A stretch of DNA of 30,326 nt, taken from assembly GCA_964591795.1 (NCBI GenBank), contig CAZQEL010000009.1:1-30326 (forward strand), in the 5' to 3' direction. The DNA is from an uncultured archaeon (lineage in GTDB: Archaea > Iainarchaeota > Iainarchaeia > Iainarchaeales > CSSED10-239). Positions 17,379-25,120 of this stretch are shown piece after piece (the first letter of the stretch is position 1; every line of letters begins with the position of its first letter). The notes under the pieces are model-generated. The model ran no database searches. It was not told the origin of the DNA and saw only the letters and a program-made list of their open reading frames with translations. The translations under genes and the position numbers were made by a program.

Positions 17379-19268
17379 TTATTTTTTCAATTCATTGTAT
17401 GTAATAATATTTATTTTAGGATCATCTTTAAATTTAGATCTTGGCGCAATTAAAAACATTATATTTTTTTCTTTAGCACTAGATAAAATTTCAGAAGTTA
17501 CTTCCATATCTGTTACAATTGCATAGATTTTACCTGCTTTAAATGATTTTATCTTAGATATTAATTCATCGCTTTTAGAGCTACCAATACGTCTAAGTTT
17601 TTCATTTAAAATTCTTGATTGTCCCTTACCATCTACTTCTTCTAAAATTTTTAAAATACTTTTCTTTATTTTATCAGTTAATTTAGGAAGAACTACTGGT
17701 TTTTTCTTTGACTTTTCAACAACAACAGATTTTTTATCTTCAACTTTAATTTTTTCTTTTAAAGCAGTTTTAGATAAAACTGGTTCAATACTTTTCTTTA
17801 AATTAGAATCAATAAAAGATTTAGTATAATTTGATTTACTATCAAATTCCTTTAATGCACTCTCAAGTCTATCCTTTAAGGTTATTTTTGTTTGATTAGT
17901 TTGAATTTTATTTGCCTCTTGAACTTTAGATGCCTCTTTTGCTTTATTAATTTCAGAAGATCTATCTATATTATTTTTAAATTCATGAGTTTTAAATTCA
18001 GGAGAATTATGAATATCATGCGATTTTGGCAAATCATTCTGTTTATTAAATTGATTATTTTTTAAATCATTGTTTCTTGAATCGTTAGTCCTATTTTGAT
18101 AACTTTTATCATTTGATCTATGATGATCTCTATAGTTTGATCGATTATTTCCATTTGATCTATTATTGCTATGATTACTACGATTATTAAAACTTGGTTT
18201 TGAAAATTTGTTGTCAGAAACATCTATTCTTTCAACATCAGGAATATTCGAAAGCATGTTTGAAAAATCATTAGTAGGTTTATTTGCTGAAAAATTATTT
18301 TCACTCTTAGGATATGATTTGAAATTTGTTCTATTAATAACCTTATGATCATTTGTTGTCGAATATTTTGTTTGTTTTACAATATTTGGTTGTGAACTAC
18401 TTGAATTATTTATTTTTTTATCGTAATTAGATTTATCCTTTATAACATCCACTACAAAATTAGCTTTAATTTTTCTTCTAAGGGCTTGATTAATTTCCTT
18501 TTGAGTTAATTCTTCAACTTCCTTACCATCAGGAGCTCTAGCTACAAAATCAACTCTAACTGATCTTAATAATTGAGCTTGTTGTATATCAGCACCTCTA
18601 TCTCCATCTAAAAATAAAGTTACAATTTTATTTTTACATATTTGTGGTAAAGATACAGGAATTCTGGCACCACCTGTAGAAATCACATTAGTAAAACCAT
18701 ATTTTAACATAGTTATTACATCAGCTCTTCCTTCAACAATTATTAATTCTTTATTAGATTCAACAGTTGGACCTGCTGGAAGCTTATCTGGACCATAAAA
18801 TACAATTTCTTTTATTTTAAATGTATTTACAATTTCTTCCATAAGTTCTTTTGTATCTGGAATCTCTTCTTGCATTATTTTACCTAAAAGATCAATTGCA
18901 CGATCTTTAATTTGTTTTCTTTTAAGACCTCTTGTGTCTTCTATTTTTTTAATACTAAATCTAGTATCACATGGACCTACTTTATCAATAGATTCTATTG
19001 ACGCCGCTATAATTACAGTCTCAACCATTGACAAACTACAAGGTAGTTTTAAAGTACCAAATGTTTTGTTGTTATTATGAGCAGTAGTTATCTCTATTCG
19101 TCCAATTTTTCCATTTTGTTGTAATTCTTTAATATCAAGTTGAGAACCTAAAAGTCCTTCTGATTGTCCAAAAATAGCACCAATTACATCTGGTTTTTCA
19201 ACAAGACCATCTACTTGAAAATCTGCAATAATTAAATATTTAATTGTTTCTAAATATGTTTTACCCAT
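17379..19268 (-). CDS. dnaG: Archaeal DnaG primase (Toprim) with ~250-aa low-complexity insertion
   Basis: KYLIIADFQVDGLVEKPDVIGAIFGQSEGLLG, Toprim motifs IIVEGRADV and LDGDRGAD, and a C-terminal domain KIYAIVTDMEVTSEILSSAKEKNIMFLIAP. Start set at the ATG at 19268 (MGKTYLE), with AGGTGA upstream. The ORF extends to 19334. Confidence 0.9.
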   Translation of the reverse strand: MGKTYLETIKYLIIADFQVDGLVEKPDVIGAIFGQSEGLLGSQLDIKELQQNGKIGRIEITTAHNNNKTFGTLKLPCSLSMVETVIIAASIESIDKVGPCDTRFSIKKIEDTRGLKRKQIKDRAIDLLGKIMQEEIPDTKELMEEIVNTFKIKEIVFYGPDKLPAGPTVESNKELIIVEGRADVITMLKYGFTNVISTGGARIPVSLPQICKNKIVTLFLDGDRGADIQQAQLLRSVRVDFVARAPDGKEVEELTQKEINQALRRKIKANFVVDVIKDKSNYDKKINNSSSSQPNIVKQTKYSTTNDHKVINRTNFKSYPKSENNFSANKPTNDFSNMLSNIPDVERIDVSDNKFSKPSFNNRSNHSNNRSNGNNRSNYRDHHRSNDKSYQNRTNDSRNNDLKNNQFNKQNDLPKSHDIHNSPEFKTHEFKNNIDRSSEINKAKEASKVQEANKIQTNQTKITLKDRLESALKEFDSKSNYTKSFIDSNLKKSIEPVLSKTALKEKIKVEDKKSVVVEKSKKKPVVLPKLTDKIKKSILKILEEVDGKGQSRILNEKLRRIGSSKSDELISKIKSFKAGKIYAIVTDMEVTSEILSSAKEKNIMFLIAPRSKFKDDPKINIITYNELKK

Positions 19269-19381
19269 TTTAAAATCACCTGTTTTGTATATCTTATAAA
19301 TAGGCATTTTATTTAAAAAAAAGATTATTTTCAAAAACTTTTATTTTAAAAAATAATATAAATATACTCTTATCTTAGCCA

Positions 19382-19615
19382 TTATAGTATTTTAATAAAC
19401 TTATGATTTGATTTTTCACCCTTTACTATTTCTATAACATAACCTAAAAATTTAAAGTATTCTTTTAGCTCTTTATTAGCTTTTCCTTTTATTGCTCGTG
19501 CTTTAAGCTTGACTTTGTATGTCCCGAAGATCTCTTTAATTTCTTGAAGTTTCGAGTTACTTATAACAATAATCTCAATAACTTCACCTGTGCGTAATTG
19601 TAATTGTTGAGTCAT
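19382..19615 (-). CDS. DUF167/YggU-like small protein
   Basis: 77 aa. KVKLKARAIKGKANKELKEYFKFLGYVIEIVKGEKSNHKFIKI matches the DUF167 pattern: (V/A)xxGKAN..L..fLa........i..G..S..K.i.i. Confidence 0.6.
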   Translation of the reverse strand: MTQQLQLRTGEVIEIIVISNSKLQEIKEIFGTYKVKLKARAIKGKANKELKEYFKFLGYVIEIVKGEKSNHKFIKIL

Positions 19616-19867
19616 ATCTAGTTTTTTGCTTTCTAAAAGATAATATTTATAATATTTTTAAAGTTTTAAAATGATCCTTTTGTTTTAATAAAAGACCTTA
19701 CATAAATTAATTTTAATAAATCTAATAATTTATTAGTAGAACATCTTTATATATAAAAATAAATATATTCTCTACTAATATTATTTAAGCATCAAACTAT
19801 ATATAAACATTATTGTTCTAAAATATATTTATATATAGTTATATATAAGTAAATTGGAAAATTTAAT

Positions 19868-20257
19868 ATGCAACATAAGAAAAAGGGGTCAAATGCTGAA
19901 CGAGAGCTTTTATTTATGCTATATGATAAAGGTTTTGCAACAGCACGAGTAGCTGGATCAGGATCGTCAACCTTACCAACTCCAGATATTATTGCTATTA
20001 GAAATAATATTGGTTTTGCAATTGAATGTAAAACTAAGGCCGGAGAATACTTAAATATTCGACCAGAACAGATAACAGAGCTTGAAACTTGGGAAAAATT
20101 ATCAAAAAATAAAGCTTTTGTGGCTTGGAGACTTGGAAAAAATGAATGGTATTTTTTACATTATACAAAAATGAATAAAACAAAAAAAGCTTATTCTATA
20201 AAAAGAGAAGAAATTAAAGAAAAAGGAATGAATTTTGATAAATTTACAAAAATTTAA
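19868..20257 (+). CDS. hjc: Holliday junction resolvase Hjc
   Basis: KKGSNAERELLFMLYDKGFATARVAGSGS...PDIIAI...AIECKT is the archaeal Hjc nuclease motif set (E...D...E-x-K). Confidence 0.9.
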   Translation: MQHKKKGSNAERELLFMLYDKGFATARVAGSGSSTLPTPDIIAIRNNIGFAIECKTKAGEYLNIRPEQITELETWEKLSKNKAFVAWRLGKNEWYFLHYTKMNKTKKAYSIKREEIKEKGMNFDKFTKI

Positions 20258-20455
20258 AGGAGAACTGAAAAAATATGTTTTTAGAACTAGAAGATGTTAT
20301 TGAAAGTCTTAAAAGAGACATGAAGAAAGAAAAAGGCCTTAAAAACCAAATACTATACGAAAATGCCATAAAAGCATTAGTAGAACTTAAAGAAAGAAAA
20401 GATACTAGATAAATCATTGAATACTAAGGAATTTTCTTTTTTTTTGATTTAATAA

Positions 20456-20803
20456 TCATAATAATTTATATCTTTTTGTAAACTTATCAATCCCACTTTC
20501 TTTTATTGGACCTATTCCAACACACGTAAAATCAGGCTCTTTAAGTTGAGTATGAGCAGCATCTTTAATTAAAACTGCTGGAAAAAAAGATTTTACTTCT
20601 TGAAAAACAGCTAAAAGTTCTTCACGTGATTCAACTTTTAAAACAACTTTTTTTTGTCCTTCTAAAAGCCAAGATTCAACAATAGAAGGTGTTTTTCTAG
20701 AAGCCAAAAGATAACTCTCTAAAGATGCATGTGAAGCTTGGGCAGCAATTTTGCCTTTCCCAAGTTTTAAATCATTTCTTACAATAATTATTTGTTTGTA
20801 CAT
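20456..20803 (-). CDS. pth2: Peptidyl-tRNA hydrolase, archaeal Pth2 type
   Basis: 115 aa. KQIIIVRNDLKLGKGKIAAQASHASL, KVVLKV, IKDAAHTQL and TCVGIGP. Confidence 0.9.
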   Translation of the reverse strand: MYKQIIIVRNDLKLGKGKIAAQASHASLESYLLASRKTPSIVESWLLEGQKKVVLKVESREELLAVFQEVKSFFPAVLIKDAAHTQLKEPDFTCVGIGPIKESGIDKFTKRYKLL

Positions 20804-20805
20804 AT

Positions 20806-21165
20806 TTATTCTGTATCAGTATTATTTAAAGGAACTTCACTAGAAGCATCTTCAACACCTAAATAAGTAATTGTTAAAGTTATTTGAGTAGGACCCCACA
20901 TAGAAGTTATTTGCTTAGGCTTATTCATTTTTAAATTAGTTGTCCATTCATAACCTTTATGTTCATTTTTAACAAGATAATGTCTATCATACTCTAAAAC
21001 TACTTCACTTTTAGTAGCTGATATAAGTTTAAAAATATTACCTTGTTTTTTATCAGTTTCAAAAGTATCATTTATTTCAACAAAGTATTTTTTTGTTTCT
21101 TCTGAATTTCTTAAAGGGCATTCCATATGTGTTACTTTTTTTAAGATTCTAAAGACATATTCCAT
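20806..21165 (-). CDS. Hypothetical protein
   Basis: 119-aa ORF with AGGAG about 10 nt upstream of the ATG. Its stop lies 2 nt before the pth2 start, so the two are probably co-transcribed. No recognisable domain. Confidence 0.5.
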   Translation of the reverse strand: MEYVFRILKKVTHMECPLRNSEETKKYFVEINDTFETDKKQGNIFKLISATKSEVVLEYDRHYLVKNEHKGYEWTTNLKMNKPKQITSMWGPTQITLTITYLGVEDASSEVPLNNTDTE

Positions 21166-21347
21166 ATTATATCTCTCCTTTTATAAATATTAAATATTAA
21201 TTCTATATAAAGTAAAGACAAATAAGTTTAAAAACTGTTACATTGTTTCTTTCTTTATACTTAAAATAAGGCTTTTTTAAGACAAAAATTATATATAACC
21301 TAACCTATATATATTTAATTACTAAAAAATATTAAAAAAGATTAAAT

Positions 21348-21896
21348 ATGAAAAAAACAAAAGTAAAACATCCTTGGCATGAAATAAGCTATGGTAAAAA
21401 AGCACCTAAAGAAGTAACAGCATTTATTGAAGTTTCAAAAGAAAGTATGTTAAAATATGAACTAGATAAAGATTCAGGACATCTTAAACTTGATAGAGTA
21501 CTTTATTCTGCAGTACACTTTCCTGGAGACTATGGATTTATTCCTCAAACATTATCTGAAGATAAAGATCCACTTGATATTATAATTATTTCAAATTTTC
21601 CTATCTTACCAGGAGTCTTAGTAAAAGCAAGACCAATTGGAGTTTTAGAAGTTATTGATAATAATGAAAGAGATCAAAAAATAATTGCGGTTTATTCAAA
21701 AGATCCAAGAATGGATAAAAGAAAAGACATTAAAGACTTTAGTAAACATGTAATTTTAGAAATAAAACATTTTTTTGAAACATACAAAACACTTCAAAGA
21801 AAAAAAGTAAAAATATTAAGTATTAAAGGAAAAAATGCTGCTGAAAAAGAAATACTAAAAGCTATTGAAACATATAAAAAAAAATTCATTGATTAG
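21348..21896 (+). CDS. ppa: Inorganic pyrophosphatase, family I
   Basis: HPWHEI, FIEVSKESMLKYELDKDSG, LKLDRVLYSAVHFPGDYGFIPQTLSEDKDPLDIII. Confidence 0.9.
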   Translation: MKKTKVKHPWHEISYGKKAPKEVTAFIEVSKESMLKYELDKDSGHLKLDRVLYSAVHFPGDYGFIPQTLSEDKDPLDIIIISNFPILPGVLVKARPIGVLEVIDNNERDQKIIAVYSKDPRMDKRKDIKDFSKHVILEIKHFFETYKTLQRKKVKILSIKGKNAAEKEILKAIETYKKKFID

Positions 21897-22026
21897 TTTT
21901 TTTATTTTTTAAAAATTCTTGTTTCAATCTTTTTTTTTCATTTATTTTTTCTAAATTTAACGCCTTAAAAACTATTTTTAAAAGCATCTTTTACAAAAAA
22001 ATTAATTTTTTTAAAAGATTATATTT

Positions 22027-23019
22027 TTACCAATTAATTACTACTTCGTCAGTCCTTTCAGTTGGATTTATGAAAGTATCTTCTAATTTTTGAGGTTTAT
22101 TATAAACATACTGTTTAATACCTAAATCAGCAATCATTACACCATTATCAAGGCACACAGAAACTGGAGGTATATAAAGTTTAATATTTCTTTGTTTTGC
22201 AAACTTTTCAAGCATTTCTTTTAATGCCTTGGATGCTGCAACTCCACCAATAACCATTATTTCTTTTTTATTTGTATATGAAATTGCTCTTTCACAAACT
22301 TCTAAAAGCATAGCATAAGCAGTATGCATAAATGAATAGACTAAATCTTCATTTTTAACTTTTCCAATTAGTTTTTTTGAAGCAGTTAAAAGACCTGAAA
22401 AAACAATATCCATACCTTTTACAGAATATGGAAGTTCAATATAATTAGTAGATTCAAAATAAATTTTATCTAAAATTGGACCACCTGGAAAACCATACCC
22501 TAAATCTCTTGCAAAAGTATCAAATAAATTTCCAAGACCAATATCTAATGTTTCACCAAGTATTTTATATCGATTATCATCTTTTGCAATTATTTGAGTA
22601 TTCGCTCCAGAAGTATAAATAAATAATGGATCTTTAGCTTTCATTAAAGTTTTTCCAATTTCAAGATGAGCAACACAATGATTAACGCCTACTATTGGTT
22701 TATTGTATTTTAAAGATAAACTTCTTGCAAAAGTAGCCCCAACAGATAAACAAGGGCCTAAACCAGGGCTTTTAGCAAAAGAAACAACTGTAATGTCAGC
22801 CATAGTTAATTTTGCATTACTAAGGGCTTGTTTTAAAACACTAAGTGCATTATTATAGTGAAAAACAGATGCATCATAAGGCTTAATACCCTCTACTTTA
22901 CCATCCTCTACAACATACTGTTTTTTTACATTTGCATATATTTTTCCAAAATTATCAATTATACCCACACCAAAAGTATGTGCAGTTGATTCAATCCCTA
23001 ACGAAATAATTTTTTTCAT
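22027..23019 (-). CDS. kae1: tRNA N6-adenosine threonylcarbamoyltransferase Kae1 (stand-alone, no Bud32 fusion)
   Basis: LGIESTAHTFGVGII, SPGLGPCLSVG, VNHCVAHLEIG, GANTQ, and GGVAASKALKEML. The ATG overlaps the stop of the upstream abiEi-like gene as ATGA. Confidence 0.9.
   Translation of the reverse strand: MKKIISLGIESTAHTFGVGIIDNFGKIYANVKKQYVVEDGKVEGIKPYDASVFHYNNALSVLKQALSNAKLTMADITVVSFAKSPGLGPCLSVGATFARSLSLKYNKPIVGVNHCVAHLEIGKTLMKAKDPLFIYTSGANTQIIAKDDNRYKILGETLDIGLGNLFDTFARDLGYGFPGGPILDKIYFESTNYIELPYSVKGMDIVFSGLLTASKKLIGKVKNEDLVYSFMHTAYAMLLEVCERAISYTNKKEIMVIGGVAASKALKEMLEKFAKQRNIKLYIPPVSVCLDNGVMIADLGIKQYVYNKPQKLEDTFINPTERTDEVVINW
22951..23019. repeat. Direct repeat copy A (kae1 start region)
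   Basis: 69 nt that match 24710-24781 with 3 substitutions and one 3-nt indel by hand alignment. Confidence 0.85.
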
Positions 23020-23591
23020 ATTAACTTAAGCACCTTTTCTTTAATAGAATAATTATATATTTTTAAATATTCTTTTAATTTCTTTTTATTAAGTTTCTTT
23101 TTCATTTCTTTTATTACTTCTGATGAAATATATTCATTATAATAAACAAAATCAATTAATGTTTTTTCTATGTTTGATACTGGTATTTGAAAATCATAAT
23201 ATTTAATAAAATCATATCCAAATAAATATTTCTTATTTATTCTTCTTAGATAAACATTAGAATCAAATATTTTCCTTAAACCTGGTTTTATATTTTTAGA
23301 AGTTATAATTACTGGGTTTGTTTCTTGTTCCCAAAGATTATGAAAAGATAGAGCATCCTGTAATCCATAATAGAAAGGAGAGAATGCAAAACCACTAACC
23401 ATTATATCATCTTTAAAAGTATATTTACCTTTAGTAATTCTTTTTAATTCCCCTTTTTTAAGAAGATTAGATATTAAAAGATAAGAATATTGTTTAGATA
23501 ATTTTTTATTTTTAAATAAAATATTTATATCTCTTAAAGAAAAAACTAAAGATTTAGAATATCTTTCTTTTAATTCTTTTAAATATATCAT
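23016..23591 (-). CDS. abiEi: AbiEi-family antitoxin-like protein (type IV TA)
   Basis: 191 aa. N-terminal winged-helix-like LVFSLRDINILF...YSYLLISNLLKKGELKRITKGKYTF fits the AbiEi N-domain pattern (L..L.kkG.l.ri.rG.Y). Lies immediately adjacent to an AbiEii gene. Confidence 0.6.
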   Translation of the reverse strand: MIYLKELKERYSKSLVFSLRDINILFKNKKLSKQYSYLLISNLLKKGELKRITKGKYTFKDDIMVSGFAFSPFYYGLQDALSFHNLWEQETNPVIITSKNIKPGLRKIFDSNVYLRRINKKYLFGYDFIKYYDFQIPVSNIEKTLIDFVYYNEYISSEVIKEMKKKLNKKKLKEYLKIYNYSIKEKVLKLI

Positions 23592-23594
23592 AAA

Positions 23595-24251
23595 CTAAAA
23601 TCTCCTTTTAATAGTTGTAAGCATTTGAGTATATGAAGGAACAGCACCTAAATAAACAATAGCTTTTAAATTAGTTTCATCAACTGGTTTTACAAATTTA
23701 TTTATTAAAATTTTTATTTCTTTTAATTGTTCTTTATTTAATTTCGCGAAATTACTTAAAAAATATACATCATAAATATCTCTTATTAATTTTCTATTTA
23801 AATAAGTTCTTGCTTTTTCTAATAATAAATCTTCCTGTGATAAACAAAAAACAGTAATTGTTGAACCATCTAATTTTTCATATTCTACAGGTATTGCTTT
23901 TTTAAATACACTATCAAATTTATCTAATAATCTTATTTCTAATTGAACAATTATATTATTATTAGATATTTTTGAAAATATAACATTTTCAGTTTCTTTA
24001 AATTTTATTAATTTTAAATTATTTATTATTAGTTCTTTATTTAACTTTTCTTTTATATCACTTTGCCTTGGAAAATAAAAATCTAAATCTTCAGAAAATC
24101 TATTTCCAAAATAACATCTCCAAATAGATGTACCTCCATGAAATAAAATATCTGGAAATATTGTATATACAATATCCACTATTTGATCTTGAAGTTCAGC
24201 AATATCTTTATGCAATCTTTTCTTTAGCTTATTAAATAAACATATCCTCAT
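23595..24251 (-). CDS. abiEii: AbiEii/AbiGii-family nucleotidyltransferase toxin (DUF1814)
   Basis: HGGTSIWRCYFGNRFSEDLDFY (GGTAL...R.S.DLDF motif) and EKARTYLNRKLIRDIYDVYFL (K..A...R...RDlYDl motif). Confidence 0.8.
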   Translation of the reverse strand: MRICLFNKLKKRLHKDIAELQDQIVDIVYTIFPDILFHGGTSIWRCYFGNRFSEDLDFYFPRQSDIKEKLNKELIINNLKLIKFKETENVIFSKISNNNIIVQLEIRLLDKFDSVFKKAIPVEYEKLDGSTITVFCLSQEDLLLEKARTYLNRKLIRDIYDVYFLSNFAKLNKEQLKEIKILINKFVKPVDETNLKAIVYLGAVPSYTQMLTTIKRRF

Positions 24252-24547
24252 AAATATACTAATACCTAAACATATAAAAATATATATGTTACGGTATTAT
24301 GTAAAAATAAGAAATCGCTCCGCAATTTAGTGCTTAACATAAACCATCTCTATTCGTACACAAATATACAGTACTTAGGTGTTTGCTTAATGAATTTTTC
24401 TAATAAACCTTTTTTTATATCAATCACAACTTTTATTTTAACTATACTAAAACGGTTTTAAAATTAGGAACTTTATTTCAGAATACTCTATATTTTCTAA
24501 GTAATTGATAAACAATTACTATTAAAGTTCCAAAAAGTCATTCTATT

Positions 24548-24781
24548 TTAGTATATATCTTTCATTTTTAGATTTTCATATTTTAATGTGTCTTTAAGAA
24601 CCTCAATTGCATTCTTATAATGAAACTGAGCAACATCAAATGGTTTAATACCTATTGCTTGATCTGATTGAATATATTGTTTTTTAATATTAATATATAT
24701 TTTGCCTCTATTATCAATTATACCCACACCAAAAGTATGTACAGTTGATTCAATTCCTAACAAAATAATTTTTAATTTCAT
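24548..24781 (-). pseudogene. Truncated second copy of the kae1 5' end (77 codons, then stop; homology ends there)
   Basis: MKLKIILLGIESTVHTFGVGIIDNRGKIY...FHYKNAIEVLKDTLKYENLKMKDIY aligns to Kae1 residues 1-76. No continuation of Kae1 homology is seen in any frame downstream. Confidence 0.8.
24710..24781. repeat. Direct repeat copy B (start of truncated kae1 copy)
   Basis: See copy A. In the next 36 nt of the two copies, identity drops to about 26/36 by hand alignment. Confidence 0.85.
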
Positions 24782-25057
24782 AATAATTATAATTTAACAG
24801 ATTTTTAGTCAAAATAAGTTAAATAATCCTTTACATATTCAAATTTAATTTTTCCAGACTTATCATATATAATATATAAGAAAAAGAAATAAAAAGAGAA
24901 TTGTTTCTCTTTAATTTAAGAAAAATAACTGAAATTTATTTTAAAATATATAAGAAAAATATATCTTTAAAAAAAGTTTTTTTTCAATCAAAATTCATTT
25001 TTATAAAGTCAGTCGTGCGCTGCACTTCTAACTTAAAAAGGTTATCCTACACCCATT

Positions 25058-25080
25058 CAAGATGTCCGCTGGACATCTTG
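25058..25080. other. Perfect 10-bp hairpin CAAGATGTCC-GCT-GGACATCTTG
   Basis: Read directly from the sequence. It is a GC-containing stem in an otherwise extremely AT-rich spacer, followed on the plus strand by TTCATTTTT. Confidence 0.8.
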
Positions 25081-25084
25081 TTCA

Positions 25085-25113
25085 TTTTTAACGAGCATAC
25101 TGCTCGTTAAAAA
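25085..25113 (-). terminator. Perfect 13-bp hairpin TTTTTAACGAGCA-TAC-TGCTCGTTAAAAA, 7 nt after the stop of the 955-aa gene
   Basis: Read directly from the sequence. The A/T-tract arms make it look like a bidirectional intrinsic-terminator-like element. It could alternatively be a DGR target-site hairpin (see findings). Confidence 0.6.
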
Positions 25114-25120
25114 CGTATGG

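Noticed and set aside
17700-18437. Imperfect short repeats in the DnaG linker as a possible CRISPR-like or satellite array
   Set aside because: The repeats are irregular, in frame, and encode an NRSN-type low-complexity peptide inside an intact ORF. There is no repeat-spacer periodicity.
19269-19334. 22-residue N-terminal extension of DnaG
   Set aside because: DnaG homology starts at MGKTYLE, and AGGTGA lies just upstream of that ATG. The extension would contain the ribosome-binding site and a TATA-like box.
20274-20390. 38-codon ORF after hjc, preceded by AGGAG
   Set aside because: It has a good ribosome-binding-like site, but it is very short and has no recognisable motif. I first misread the frame as longer. 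It cannot be supported as a gene from sequence alone.
24252-25057. Search for a DGR template repeat in the two non-coding spacers flanking the kae1 remnant
   Set aside because: Hand comparison with the VR-like segment on both strands found only short chance matches, such as GAGATATA or CGCA...AGTG. Non-adenine positions do not match as a TR/VR pair requires.
24901-25110. 69-aa plus-strand ORF (TTG start) spanning the hairpin region
   Set aside because: It has a non-ATG start and no ribosome-binding site. Its second half is made of the inverted-repeat arms, so it is better explained as structured non-coding DNA.
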